A DNA stretch of 64,000 bases from Candidatus Krumholzibacteriia bacterium (lineage in GTDB: Bacteria > Krumholzibacteriota > Krumholzibacteriia > Krumholzibacteriales > Krumholzibacteriaceae): positions 672,001 to 736,000 of the forward strand of contig CAWIIQ010000001.1 of NCBI GenBank assembly GCA_963836185.1, read 5' to 3'. The notes below the pieces were generated by a model that ran no database searches, had not been told where the DNA came from, and worked only from the letters and a program-made list of their open reading frames with translations. Shown piece after piece: positions 51,336 to 62,613 of the stretch. Numbering within the stretch: the first letter of the stretch is position 1; every line of letters begins with the position of its first letter. A program made the translations under genes and the position numbers.

Positions 51336-53206
51336 ATGACAGGAAAAGGACGCATAAACATTATAGCGGGAATCCTGGCGCTGACGATCCTTGTCGCGGC
51401 GCTTCCTGCCCCGGTCCGCGCTGCAGGCGACATCAGGGTCGTCGCCAACGTCGAGTCGCGCGACGTCTATGTCGGCGAGTCGTTCCTCATGCAGATATCG
51501 GTCGATGGCTCGGACAGGTCCGAGGCTCCCGACATGACCGCGATCGATGGATTCGCCGTAGAGTACATGGGCGGCTCTAACAACTCGAGCCAGTCTATCT
51601 CGATAGTAAACGGCCGCGTGGAGAGAAATGTCCAGAAGGGGTTCGTGTTCACATACAAGTTCACTCCCCAGAGGGCGGGCAGGCTTACTATCCCGTCGAT
51701 CGACGTCAAAGTCGAGGGAACGACTTTCCGCACCGGACCTATCACAGTATCGGTGAAGCGTCCCGAGGAGACCGAGGACTTCAAGCTGAGGATACGTATC
51801 TCTCGAGAGACCTGTTACGTAGGCGAGCCGGTGCTGCTGACCGTCACCTGGTACCTGCGCCGCGACGTCCAGGCATTCGAGTTTACGGCGCCCGTTCTTT
51901 CAAACAATGCTTTCTCCTTCGAAGCTCCCGAAGTGAAGATAGACCCCTCGAAGAAATACTTCCGCGTGCCACTGGCCGGCAGGGAAGTGATAGCGGAGAA
52001 GGGCAGGGGAATGCTCGACGGGGAGAGCTACGCCACACTCGAATTCAAGATCGCCGTCATCCCCGAACGCTCAGGCACATTCGCTATTCCCGAATTCATC
52101 GTCGCCTGCGAGTCAGGCACCGGAGTCAGGAACAGCCGGGACTTCTTCAACGATTTCTTCGGAGACGACGTTTTCGGTAAATGGAGGGGAAGCCTCAGAA
52201 AATATGTCGTGCCATCGAACGCGCTGAGCCTGGGAGTCAAGGCGCTGCCGACGGAGGGCAGGCCGGCAGGATTCGCCGGCCATGTCGGCGAGTACCAGCA
52301 TCCTGACCTCGGCTGAGCCGCTCGAGGTGAATATCGGCGATCCGATAACCCTCAACGTGATCCTCGAGGGACCCGACTATCTGGGCAGGGTAGATCTGCC
52401 TTCACTCGCAGGGCAGGATGGAACTTGCCGGGAACTTCAAGATCCCCGATGAAAGAGCCCCGGGGAAGATAGAGGGAAAACGCAAGATATTCACGCAGAC
52501 GATCCGTGCGATCGACGACCAGGTCACGCGGATACCTCCTGTCAGCCTCGTCTATTTCGATACGGCGAAGGAGCAGTATGTCACCGCCGTCTCCGATCCG
52601 ATACCGATAGCGGTAAGAAAGACTAGGATCGTGACGGCCGGCGACGCGGAAGGGATAGACAGCGGCGACCGCGGGTCCCCCCTGGAGAAGTGGAAGGCCG
52701 GGATCGCGTATAACTACGAGGGCCATGAAGTTATCGAGGCTCAGGATTTCGGCCTCGATTCGATCCTTTCCGAGGCCGGTGTAAAGCTCATGCTGATCAT
52801 TCCGCCGATAGCTTGGCTGCTGGTGCTCGGCACGGTATTAGTCTCCAGAAAGAGATCGGCCGACCCGGACGCTGCCAGGTCGCGGAGCGCCATGCGCCGC
52901 CTGCGAGGCAGGCTGGCCGGGCTTTCACCCGAGGACAGCGACGAGACATTCTGCAGCGGGGTGATGGATTCATTCAAGATATACCTGGGCGAGAAACTGC
53001 GGATAGCCGGCAGGGCGCTCACCACGAGCGAGATAGAAAGGCTGCTTACGGAACGCGGGATAGAAAGCGGACTTACAGGCGAGGTCAAGGACCTGCTTTC
53101 GAGCTGCGAGTACGGCGCTTATGCCGGCGGAGCGGCGGTCGACGGCAGGGAGAAACTCGTCGAAAGGGCCACAGATACGGCCCGGAAACTGGACAGGGTG
53201 CTTTGA
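51336..53206 (+). CDS. batD: BatD-like protein; frameshifts near 52297 and 52420
   Basis: Signal peptide, SQSISIVNG, YVGEP, FAGHVG, PPVSLVYFD, C-terminal TM. Confidence 0.8.
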
Positions 53207-53211
53207 CAGGC

Positions 53212-54033
53212 ATGACCGGCATAAAGATCACGCTGCTTGCGGTGATGATGGCGCTTTCAACGGTGGTATCGGCACAGGAGATATCGTCAGCGTCACTGAC
53301 CGAGGAGCATCTCTCCGCGGCCGAGGAGGCTTTCGGCCGGGCGATAGAGCTCGACATGACCGATCCGGAGGCCGCAGCTGACTATTACAGGAAGGCTATC
53401 CTCCACTATGAACGCCTGGTAGCTTCCGGCGTCCGCAACGGAAAGCTTTACTATAATATCGGAAACGCATGGTTCAGGCTCGACGACATGGGCAGGGCGA
53501 TCCTCAACTACAGGCGTTCCGACCTGTACAATCACGCCGATCCAAACCTGAAGCAGAATATCCAGTTTGCCAGGAGCAGGCGGGTCAACCGGATCGAGGC
53601 TCAGCAGCGCGACCGCGTGTTCAAGACACTCTTCTTTATTCACTACGACGTTCCCACGAGGGTGAGATTCGGGATATTCCTCGGCGCTTTTATCCTGCTG
53701 TGGAGCGCCGCGATAATCGCCGTCTTCTACAGGCGAGGCTGGGTCAGGACACTTGTCATCTCGCTCGCTGTTGTATCCACCATCTTCCTGATATCACTCA
53801 TATCGGAGAAGGTATCGATGACAAGGGATCCGGCCGGCGTAGTCATCGCTCCGGAGGTCACGGCGAGGAAAGGCGATGGCGAGACGTATCAGCCGTCGTT
53901 TACCGCCCCGCTTTTTTCCGGAACGGAGTTCGATCTGCTGGAACAAAGGCCCGACTGGTGGTACATTGAGCTGGAAGACGGGGCGAGGTGCTGGATCCCA
54001 TCATGGGGCGGCGAACTCGTCCTTCAGGAATAG
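53212..54033 (+). CDS. batE: BatE-like TPR + SH3-like protein
   Basis: LYYNIGNAWFR, GRAILNYRR, two TM, WWYIELEDG..CWIP. Confidence 0.8.
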   Translation: MTGIKITLLAVMMALSTVVSAQEISSASLTEEHLSAAEEAFGRAIELDMTDPEAAADYYRKAILHYERLVASGVRNGKLYYNIGNAWFRLDDMGRAILNYRRSDLYNHADPNLKQNIQFARSRRVNRIEAQQRDRVFKTLFFIHYDVPTRVRFGIFLGAFILLWSAAIIAVFYRRGWVRTLVISLAVVSTIFLISLISEKVSMTRDPAGVVIAPEVTARKGDGETYQPSFTAPLFSGTEFDLLEQRPDWWYIELEDGARCWIPSWGGELVLQE

Positions 54034-54061
54034 AATAATCCGTTTCATTGAAAGGAGCCGC

Positions 54062-55474
54062 ATGCTGACGACCAGGACCCGCGCCGCGGCCTTGATCGTC
54101 TTTGTCGTGGCTCTCGCCATCTTCTCTTCAGGCGCAATCGCCGGGAAGAAGGGAGAGCTGGACAAGGGGCTGATCGAGGATCTGCAGAAATCGTTCGACC
54201 CTGACGGCAGGGACCGCGCGATCATGAACGCCGTCTCGAACAACGATCTGCATGATCTCTCCCTGGACCGGGAGATCATCAACGGTCACGACGACATCTA
54301 TTCATTCAAGATCGACGCGAAGGGTATCACGAACCAGGAAAGCACGGGCCGCTGCTGGCTCTTCGCCGGTCTGAACATGATGCGTCCCGCCGTGATGAAG
54401 AAGTACAACATCACCGAGTTCGAGTTTTCCGAGAACCACCTCTTCTTCTGGGACAAGCTCGAGAAGGCGAATATGTTCCTCGAGACGATCATCGAGACGA
54501 GCGACCGCGATATTGACGACCGCGAGCTTCAGGCGATATTGAAGGACCCCGTTCCCGACGGCGGCTGGTGGAACTACGTAGTCGCGCTGATCGACAAGTA
54601 CGGCGCGGTTCCCAAATCGATAAGCACGGAGACGAAGCACAGCAGCGGTACCCGCAGGATCAACGGGATCCTCAACGGGATGGCTCGCCACGATGCCGCG
54701 AAACTCCGTGAGATGGCAGCCGGAGGCGCCCCTGTGGAGGATCTCCGCGAAGCGAAGAAGGATATGCTCGCCGACGTCTACCGGATCCTCGCGCTTCACT
54801 TCGGCGTTCCACCCGAGAAGTTCGTCTGGAGGGTGGAGAACAAGGACGATGAGTTGATCGAGCAGGAGTTCACCCCGAAATCGTTCTACAAGGACGCGGT
54901 TGGGATGGACCTTCGCGAATATGTCACAGTCATGGATCACCCAGCCTACGAGTACGGGAAATTCTACCGCCTCAACTTCTGCCGCAACTTCTTCGATGAA
55001 GAGGACATGGGATTCATCAACCTCGGCATCGAGGGTATGAAGGAACTCGCCGAGCGCGCCATTCTCGACGGGGATCCGATATGGTTCGCTGCCGACATCG
55101 GCAAAGAGAACTACGGCAAGGAAGGTATCCTCAAGGTCGGGATCTACGATTACGACGCCCTCTTCGGCCTCGGCCGCGAGCTGACCAAGGAGCAGATGGT
55201 CACCTACAGGCACTCGACGCCGAACCATGCGATGGTATTCGTCGGTATCGATCGTAAGGACGACAAGCCGGTCAAGTGGCTCGTCGAGAATTCGTGGGGC
55301 ACGAAGAACGGCGACAAGGGGTACTGGGCGATGTACGACGACTGGTTCACCCGGTACGTCTACACCGTCATCGTGCACAAGCGCCACGTGGCGAAGAAAA
55401 CGCTGAAGCTCCTCGACACCGAGCCCGAGAGGCTCCCCGCATGGGATCCTATGCGCTCGGCGTTCGATGAGTAG
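54062..55474 (+). CDS. pepC: Secreted C1B cysteine aminopeptidase (bleomycin hydrolase-like)
   Basis: NQESTGRCWLFA, FWDKLEKAN, DGGWW, HAMVFVG, VENSWG. Confidence 0.92.
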   Translation: MLTTRTRAAALIVFVVALAIFSSGAIAGKKGELDKGLIEDLQKSFDPDGRDRAIMNAVSNNDLHDLSLDREIINGHDDIYSFKIDAKGITNQESTGRCWLFAGLNMMRPAVMKKYNITEFEFSENHLFFWDKLEKANMFLETIIETSDRDIDDRELQAILKDPVPDGGWWNYVVALIDKYGAVPKSISTETKHSSGTRRINGILNGMARHDAAKLREMAAGGAPVEDLREAKKDMLADVYRILALHFGVPPEKFVWRVENKDDELIEQEFTPKSFYKDAVGMDLREYVTVMDHPAYEYGKFYRLNFCRNFFDEEDMGFINLGIEGMKELAERAILDGDPIWFAADIGKENYGKEGILKVGIYDYDALFGLGRELTKEQMVTYRHSTPNHAMVFVGIDRKDDKPVKWLVENSWGTKNGDKGYWAMYDDWFTRYVYTVIVHKRHVAKKTLKLLDTEPERLPAWDPMRSAFDE

Positions 55475-55502
55475 AAATCGATAAGGATAAGATAATCAAA
55501 AT

Positions 55503-55538
55503 GGCCTTCCCGGGACCATGGCGGATTCCGGGAAGGCC
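55503..55538. terminator. Hairpin between convergent genes
   Basis: GGCCTTCCCGG/CCGGGAAGGCC inverted repeat. Confidence 0.55.
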
Positions 55539-55543
55539 GTCTT

Positions 55544-56044
55544 CTATTCGTCAGCCGTAAACTCCTGGAAGTGGCCTTCGACCCACTCTCCATCTTCCTT
55601 GCGTATGAGCGTGTCAGTAAGAGTTCCGGTCGCTCCGATGTTCAGCGTTGTCTTGAACTCGATTGTCCTGTCCTGCCAGTGACTTATGCCGAGCAGAATC
55701 ACGTTTCCGTCTTCAAGATTCGCGACGCCCTCTTCGACGATCCCGCGGTTGTTCAGGCTGATAAACAGCACCTCTCCCCGCTGCGGATGCCAGTAGAAAT
55801 GAGTCACAGCCTCGAAATTGGCCGCTTCCGCCTTGCGGGTATATCTGACTGCTTTCCCATCCAGGATCTGTTCGAATCGAAGCAGGATCTCTATATCGGG
55901 TGCGTTCTCGCCGACATAGCCGCCCGCCCAGTCCCTGTCCATCAGAGGTTGAAGGAAATGAAGGTTCTCGTCCAGTCCGGCGGCGATAGAAAGGGAAGGA
56001 ATCAATACGGACAGGGCAAGAGCGAAGAAAGTTATTCGTTTCAT
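55544..56044 (-). CDS. Hypothetical secreted protein
   Basis: Signal peptide MKRITFFALALSVLIPSLSIA; beta-rich. Confidence 0.65.
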   Translation of the reverse strand: MKRITFFALALSVLIPSLSIAAGLDENLHFLQPLMDRDWAGGYVGENAPDIEILLRFEQILDGKAVRYTRKAEAANFEAVTHFYWHPQRGEVLFISLNNRGIVEEGVANLEDGNVILLGISHWQDRTIEFKTTLNIGATGTLTDTLIRKEDGEWVEGHFQEFTADE

Positions 56045-56084
56045 GGTCTCTGTCAAAGGAATCCTCCTGGTCTTTTACGTCAAA

Positions 56085-56639
56085 TCAGACGATATAGCCG
56101 ATGCGGTCGGCCATCCTGTCATTCATCTCGGCCTTCTTCGTATCGTTGACGTTCTGCCGCCGCGTGTATTCTTCTCCGAAGCTGGGTACCTTGGACATTT
56201 CGCTCTTCTTCTGTTCGATCCATTCGTCGGTAGCGCCCAGCGCCTCTGCTGGGTTACCGCACGCGACCACGTTGTCGGGGATGTCCCTGGAGACGACGCT
56301 TCCCGCGCCGATGACAACGTCATTGCCGATGCGAACGCCTGGCAGTACGACAGCAGCGGCGCCGATGAAGACGCGATCACCTATGTCGACTTTTCCTATC
56401 CTCGTGTAGCCCAGGTGCGTCTTGGTGCTCGCGTCGTGAGCGAGTATATACGCGTTGGGCGCTATCGTGACATCGTCTCCTATCGAGACGAGCCAGCAGA
56501 GGTTCTCGTCGATCTTCGCGCCGGGCTGCATCTGTAAGTTCCGGCCGGTGCGCAGTCCCCGTTTCCTCAATTCGTCGAGAGGATCAGGGCGAAACCAGCG
56601 ACGGTAGATATTTCGCATCACACCATGAAGTCCGTTCAT
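56085..56639 (-). CDS. Hexapeptide-repeat acyltransferase (maltose O-acetyltransferase-like)
   Basis: IGDDVTIA, ILAHD, IGDRVFIG, GAGSVV, GNPA. Confidence 0.87.
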   Translation of the reverse strand: MNGLHGVMRNIYRRWFRPDPLDELRKRGLRTGRNLQMQPGAKIDENLCWLVSIGDDVTIAPNAYILAHDASTKTHLGYTRIGKVDIGDRVFIGAAAVVLPGVRIGNDVVIGAGSVVSRDIPDNVVACGNPAEALGATDEWIEQKKSEMSKVPSFGEEYTRRQNVNDTKKAEMNDRMADRIGYIV

Positions 56640-56833
56640 TCGGGTCCTCCCTGCTATCAGTAGATCAATGGCATATATCCGGGATAGTAACACGTTCAGA
56701 GTGTCTCATGTCCATTACGAAGCGGATCTCATAATATCCGGGAAATATTCCTTCCGCTGGTGTATTGTAAGTATGACGGGCTTGCGGCCGTCACCTTTTC
56801 TGTCAGAAAGTGATATCGACGGGAGGTCGGTGA

Positions 56834-57655
56834 ATGAATATGCAGATGATGATATGGATAACAGCGATCGGTTTACTCTCAGCCCTGCCTGCCGCAGGGG
56901 CGGAGGTGGAGAGCATGATCAGGCTCGATGACCTTTCAATAAGCATAATCTACGACAACACCGAGCCGGAAGAGGGGTTCGAGGCTGAGTGGGGATTCTC
57001 ATGTGTCATCGCGGGATGCGACAAGACCATCCTCTTTGATACGGGGGGGAAGGGTGATGTCTTTCTGAAAAACCTCGCCGCCGCCGGCATCTCTCCATCC
57101 GAAATAGATATCGTCGTGATATCGCACAAGCACTGGGACCACATCGGCGGCCTCAGCGCCTTCCTAGCGGAGAATCCTGAAGTGACGGTATATGTCCCCT
57201 CGTCGTTCGACAAGGATCTAAAGGAGAGCATTACCGATGAATGTCCAGCCCTCGTAGAGGTGAGCGATCCGTTGGAGATCATACCGGGAGTCTATTCCAC
57301 TGGTGATATGACAGGCATGGTAAGGGAGCAGTCACTCGCGATCGCAACGGATGGCGGCGTGGTGGTCATAACAGGCTGTGCCCATCCGGGCATTGCCGGC
57401 ATCGTCGACAAGGGTTCCGAAACGGCCGGGCATGAGGTCCTCTGCGTAATGGGCGGGTTTCATCTTGGAGGAGCGAAGAAGGAGCAGCTAGAGGCGATAG
57501 CCTCGAGTTTCGATAAGAACGGTGTAAGGTACTGCGGAGCCTCGCACTGCACGGGCGACGACAGCATAGACTATTTTAAGCATCGTTACGGCGATCGTTA
57601 CGTGAGGCTGGGAGCCGGTAGAATCGTCAAAGGATCGGAATTTTCCCGCGATTGA
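56834..57655 (+). CDS. MBL-fold metallohydrolase
   Basis: EWGFS, LFDTG, SHKHWDHIGG, TGCAHPG, GGFHL, HCTG. Confidence 0.88.
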   Translation: MNMQMMIWITAIGLLSALPAAGAEVESMIRLDDLSISIIYDNTEPEEGFEAEWGFSCVIAGCDKTILFDTGGKGDVFLKNLAAAGISPSEIDIVVISHKHWDHIGGLSAFLAENPEVTVYVPSSFDKDLKESITDECPALVEVSDPLEIIPGVYSTGDMTGMVREQSLAIATDGGVVVITGCAHPGIAGIVDKGSETAGHEVLCVMGGFHLGGAKKEQLEAIASSFDKNGVRYCGASHCTGDDSIDYFKHRYGDRYVRLGAGRIVKGSEFSRD

Positions 57656-58196
57656 CTATCCATATCAGCAGTGCGCCGCTTACGGCTCCGAGTATGACTC
57701 CTCCGACAGCGATCCCGGCTTCGCCCAGAACGATGTTTCCGAGCCAGGCCAGGCTCCAGGAAACCGTGCTGGCGAGGATCCACCACTCTGTCCTGTGAGT
57801 ATGGGGTCTAAGCGCTCGCTTCTGGAGCAGTCCCGCCAATGCTCCCCCGGCCGCGCCGACTATAACGAATCCCGCTTCTATAGTCTCAACCTCGGCGAAC
57901 CATACCTCATCGATAACAACTGCTACGATGAACGGCACACCTAGACCGATAGCGGCGCCCCACACCCATCTCCACGTCAGGGGCATCACCTTGCGTACAG
58001 CGATCATCTGGGCCAGACCTACACCGGCACCCAGGACGAGACCTACTATCAGATTTGTTGTCTTATCATAGAAGAGGTTTACGACCGCGTATGAGAGAAC
58101 GATCGCGAGGATTATTCCGATTACCCATCCGATTACCGAAGCGATAAGCCAGCGGGCCCAGAATCTCCAGCCGAAATTCCACGCCTGAGAAACCAT
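57627..58196 (-). CDS. Hypothetical Gly/Trp-rich multi-TM membrane protein
   Basis: AAGGAGG RBS; about six hydrophobic segments. Confidence 0.65.
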   Translation of the reverse strand: MVSQAWNFGWRFWARWLIASVIGWVIGIILAIVLSYAVVNLFYDKTTNLIVGLVLGAGVGLAQMIAVRKVMPLTWRWVWGAAIGLGVPFIVAVVIDEVWFAEVETIEAGFVIVGAAGGALAGLLQKRALRPHTHRTEWWILASTVSWSLAWLGNIVLGEAGIAVGGVILGAVSGALLIWIVNRGKIPIL

Positions 58197-58492
58197 CTTG
58201 ACCTCCTTTATCCGGAAGCGGTTTTCCGATCTATATTGTGATTTACACCTTTTGAGCCCCCAGGTGAACATATCGTAATAGCTGTATGAGGTGATGTCAA
58301 ACAGGGAACACGGAAGAATAGGCGGGAAAAATTCTATCCGGTGTAGTATTGTGAAACGGAAGGCCTTGCGGCTGACCAACTTATTCGATATTGCTGTAGG
58401 CAGGAGGCAGGACGATCAGATCTGCATTCACGGGGTCGATCCTGATTTTAATAATACTGGCCGCGAACGGGGTTGCCGGAGCGGAGGAGCGG

Positions 58493-60549
58493 ATGAACGA
58501 TAGCGCAAATAAAAACAGGCTGGCGAGCGAGAAGAGTCCCTACCTGCTCCAGCACGCCGATAATCCGGTCGACTGGTACCCGTGGGGGGAAGAGGCCTTC
58601 GCCGCGGCGAGGGAGCAGGACAAGCCGATATTCCTCTCGATCGGATATTCCTCGTGCCACTGGTGTCACGTGATGGAGCATGAGTCTTTCGAGGACGAGG
58701 CGGTGGCACGCCTGCTCAACGAGCATTTCATCTCGGTCAAGGTCGACCGCGAGGAACGCCCCGACATCGACAACATATACATGAAGGTCTGCCAGGCGAT
58801 GACTGGCTCGGGCGGATGGCCGCTCACCGTCTTTATGACCCCCGGCGGGAAGCCTTTCTTCGCCGGTACATATTTCCCGAAGCAGTCGAAGTACGGACGG
58901 CCCGGGATGCTCGAACTCGTTCCCCACATGGCATCGCTCTGGAAGAACGATCGCGAGAGACTCGATCAGATAAGCGAACATGCCACAGTTGCGCTGGAGA
59001 GCTTCGCCTTCACCGGCGACGACAGGAAACTCTCAGACAAGTTGCTCGCTACCGCGTACTCGAGGCTGGAAGCCTCATATGACGAGGTCCACGGCGGTTT
59101 CGGTGGAGCGCCCAAGTTTCCGACGCCTCACCAGCTTTCCATGCTTCTGAGGTACTGGGACAGGTCCGGGGACGCGCGCGCTCTCGAGATCGTCGGGACG
59201 ACCCTGAGAAAGATGTACGGAGGCGGGATCTACGATCATCTCGGCAGGGGGTTCCACCGGTATTCCACCGACCAGATGTGGCTCGTGCCGCACTTCGAGA
59301 AGATGCTCTACGACCAGGCGATGCTGGCAATAGCGTATCTCGAGACGCACCAGGCTACGGGGAACACGTTCTACGGCGCTGTGGCGGAGGAGATCTTCGA
59401 CTATGTCGTCCGCGATCTCACTTCTCCCGAAGGCGGGTTCTACTCGGCCGAGGACGCCGACAGTGAGGGAGAAGAGGGGACCTTCTACGTCTGGACGAAG
59501 GATGAGATCACAGAGGCGCTCGGCGAAAAGGACAGCAGGATCTTCTGCGAGCGGTTCGGGGTGACAGGCCATGGCAACTTCGAGGGGAAGAACGTCCTGC
59601 ATATATCAAGCGATACAGGCGCCGGCGAAGGTTCGCTGGAGACCATGAAGGAGAAGCTCCTCACGATACGTTCGAAGCGGCCGAGACCGATGCTGGACGA
59701 CAAGATCCTCACTGACTGGAACGGCCTGATGATCGCCGCACTGGCGAAAGGAGCGAGGGTCACGGGCAATCCCGGATACGCCTCCGCGGCGGCAAAGGCT
59801 GCAGGCTTCATTCTCAGCGGGATGAGGACCTCCGAGGGCAGGCTGCTCCACCGCTATCGCGATGGAGAATCGGCCATACCGGGTTATCTCGATGACTATG
59901 CCTTTCTCACATGGGGGCTTGTCGAGCTGTACGAGGCGACATTCGAGGCGAGATGGCTTTCCGAAGCGCTGAAACTGGCGGACGAGATGACGGGGCTTTT
60001 CGGTGACAGCGACAAAGAGAAAGGCGGATTCTACTTTACGGGGAGCGATGCCGAGAAACTCATCGTCAGGACGAAGGAGATATACGACGGCGCCGTCCCT
60101 TCCGGAAACTCGGTCGCCGCGCTCGTACTGCTCAGGCTCGGCAGGATGACCGGGAGAACGGACCTCGAATCCGCGGCGGATGCATTGATGAAGGAGTTCT
60201 CGGGGCAGCTCGCCGGGTCCCCGACCGCGTACACGCAGATGCTCATCGCCCTCGACTTCGCCCTGGGCCCTGGCGCGGAGTACGTGATCGCGGGCGAGAG
60301 GAGTGACGATGATACTGAGTCGATGATCAGGCTTCTGGCTGAACGCTTCATGCCCGGGTCGGTTACTATGCACAGGCCTTCGGAGAGTCGGCGGCGATCA
60401 TAGATATCGCCCCGATGCTGGGGGGGATGACCGCCGTGGATGGAAAGACGACAGCATATATATGTGAGAACTTTCAGTGCGCCGCGCCGGCCGTTGGCAT
60501 CGACGAGCTTCGAAAGCGGCTATCAGAGATGGAGAAGAAGGATGACTGA
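58493..60549 (+). CDS. YyaL/SSP411 thioredoxin-domain protein; C-terminal frameshift(s) near 60390-60415
   Basis: [36 protein letters not shown]; shifted tail AYICENFQC ends with TGA at 60547-60549. Confidence 0.9.
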
Positions 60550-60898
60550 GAAAGCATGCCCGTTCTGCGGTCCGGAGAATATCCTGTTCGAGAACGAGCT
60601 GGCCGTTGCCATTCCCGACAAGTATCCTGTCCGTCCTGGACACACACTGGTGATCCCGAAGAGACATGTATCGTCATTCTTCGACCTTACGGACGAGGAA
60701 GTCGTGGCATGCTTCGATCTGATAAAGAAGGCGAAGATCAGTATTGACGAGAAATACTCTTCCGATGGATACAAGATAGGGATTAACATCGGCAGGTCCT
60801 CGGGCCAGACGGTTATGCACGCTCATATACACGTCGTTCCGACAGGCGGGGAGAAGATCAGCGGCAGGAGCGAGGTCTTTACGAGGAAAGATTTTTAA
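60542..60898 (+). CDS. HIT family hydrolase
   Basis: [27 protein letters not shown]. Confidence 0.9.
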   Translation: MTEKACPFCGPENILFENELAVAIPDKYPVRPGHTLVIPKRHVSSFFDLTDEEVVACFDLIKKAKISIDEKYSSDGYKIGINIGRSSGQTVMHAHIHVVPTGGEKISGRSEVFTRKDF

Positions 60899-60911
60899 AG
60901 GAGGATCAGCG

Positions 60912-61376
60912 ATGCTGGAAGTCGGGAATAAAGCGCCGGCCTTCGATCTGCCGGACCAGGATGGAAAAAAGCACAAGCTCTCCGATTACGCAGGCAAATG
61001 GGTGCTCGTCTATTTTTATCCCAAGGACAACACATCGGGGTGTACAAAAGAGGCCTGCGCGATACGCGATGACTGGGCCGACTTCAGGAATCTGGGCGCG
61101 GTAGTACTCGGCGTGAGCAAGGATTCGGTGAAAAGCCATCGTAACTTCGCCGACAAGCACTCGCTGCCTTTCACCCTGCTCTCCGACGAGAGCACGAAGA
61201 TGATAGAGAAGTACGGGGCCTGGCGGAAAAAGAAGATGGCAGGACGAGAGTATATGGGGATCGTGAGGATCTCGTACCTCGTCGATCCGAAGGGAAAGGT
61301 CGCGAAGGTATATGCCAAGGTCAAGCCGCCCGAGCATTCGGCGGAGGTGCTGGCCGACCTCAGGGAACTGATGTAG
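60912..61376 (+). CDS. bcp: Thioredoxin-dependent thiol peroxidase
   Basis: [16 protein letters not shown]. Confidence 0.93.
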   Translation: MLEVGNKAPAFDLPDQDGKKHKLSDYAGKWVLVYFYPKDNTSGCTKEACAIRDDWADFRNLGAVVLGVSKDSVKSHRNFADKHSLPFTLLSDESTKMIEKYGAWRKKKMAGREYMGIVRISYLVDPKGKVAKVYAKVKPPEHSAEVLADLRELM

Positions 61377-61383
61377 CAGAGAT

Positions 61384-62496
61384 ATGAATATCCTTATCGT
61401 CGAACCGTTCCTGACAGGATCTCATAAGGCCTGGGCCGAAGAATACGCCGGACACTCCTCGCACGAGGTCGACATCCTCGGGCTGGAGGGGCGTTACTGG
61501 AAATGGAGGATGCACGGCGGCGCCGTGACCCTGGCGAAGTACTTCATAGAATATGATCTCGCGCCAGACCTGATCCTTGCCACCGACATGCTCGACCTGA
61601 CGACCTTTCTTGCCCTGACGAGGGACAGGACATCGGGGACCCCGGTCGCTATATACTTCCACGAGAATCAGCTCTCCTATCCTTGGTCGAAGGACGATCC
61701 CGATCCAGGCCTCGAGCGCGACGTCCATTATGGATTCATCAACTACACCTCAGCTCTTGCAGCTGGCTCGGTCCTGTTTAACTCGGCATTTCACATGACA
61801 TCGTTTCTTTCCGAACTGCCCGGACTGCTCGGTGCATTTCCTGATTACAACGAGCCTGAGACCGTGGGTGTGATCCTGAATAAGAGCACGATCCTCCCGC
61901 TCGGAGTGGATCTGGCGGCGCTTGATCAGCACAGATCTGGACGCGATCCGGATTCTCCGCCGCTGATCCTCTGGAACCATCGCTGGGAGTACGACAAGAA
62001 TGCTGACGATTTCTTCGCGGCGTTGTTCGCTCTCGCTGCTGAGGGTCTTGAATTCGAGGTCGCCGTTCTCGGCGAATCGTTCTCGAAGTATCCGCCTGTG
62101 TTCGATGAAGCGAAGCAGCGGCTCGGCAGGAGAATAATCCATTTCGGATATGTGGAGGAGTTTGCGGAATACGCCCGCTGGCTCTGGCGGGCCGATATCC
62201 TGCCCGTCACCTCGAACCACGACTTCTTCGGAGCGAGCGCCGTGCAGGCGATCCACTGCGGATGCGTACCACTGCTCCCCGACCGTCTCGCCTTTCCGGA
62301 ACATCTGCCCGAGGATCTTCGAGACAGGTATCTCTACAGCGGCAGGGATAGCCTGATCGCGTGCCTTCGCCGCTGCATCGAAGGGCATCCGGAACCTGAC
62401 GATCCTGCTCTCAGGGCATTTGTCGGGAAATATGACTGGAAGAAGATGGCGAAGATATACGACGAGAAATTCGACAGGCTGTCCACGGCTGACTGA
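61384..62496 (+). CDS. DUF3524/GTDC1-like GT-B glycosyltransferase
   Basis: EPFLTGSH, WKWRMHGGA, YFHENQLSYP, WNHRWEYDK, HDFFG. Confidence 0.85.
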   Translation: MNILIVEPFLTGSHKAWAEEYAGHSSHEVDILGLEGRYWKWRMHGGAVTLAKYFIEYDLAPDLILATDMLDLTTFLALTRDRTSGTPVAIYFHENQLSYPWSKDDPDPGLERDVHYGFINYTSALAAGSVLFNSAFHMTSFLSELPGLLGAFPDYNEPETVGVILNKSTILPLGVDLAALDQHRSGRDPDSPPLILWNHRWEYDKNADDFFAALFALAAEGLEFEVAVLGESFSKYPPVFDEAKQRLGRRIIHFGYVEEFAEYARWLWRADILPVTSNHDFFGASAVQAIHCGCVPLLPDRLAFPEHLPEDLRDRYLYSGRDSLIACLRRCIEGHPEPDDPALRAFVGKYDWKKMAKIYDEKFDRLSTAD

Positions 62497-62613
62497 ATGA
62501 GGAAATCGTTTTGAGAAGTGTCGCAGGGTCGGCCGATAACCCTTCCTGTTTGTAAGTTTTAAAATCATTGCGCAGAATCGCTCCTGAATGTATTTTTCTC
62601 CAGGGGGTGACTT

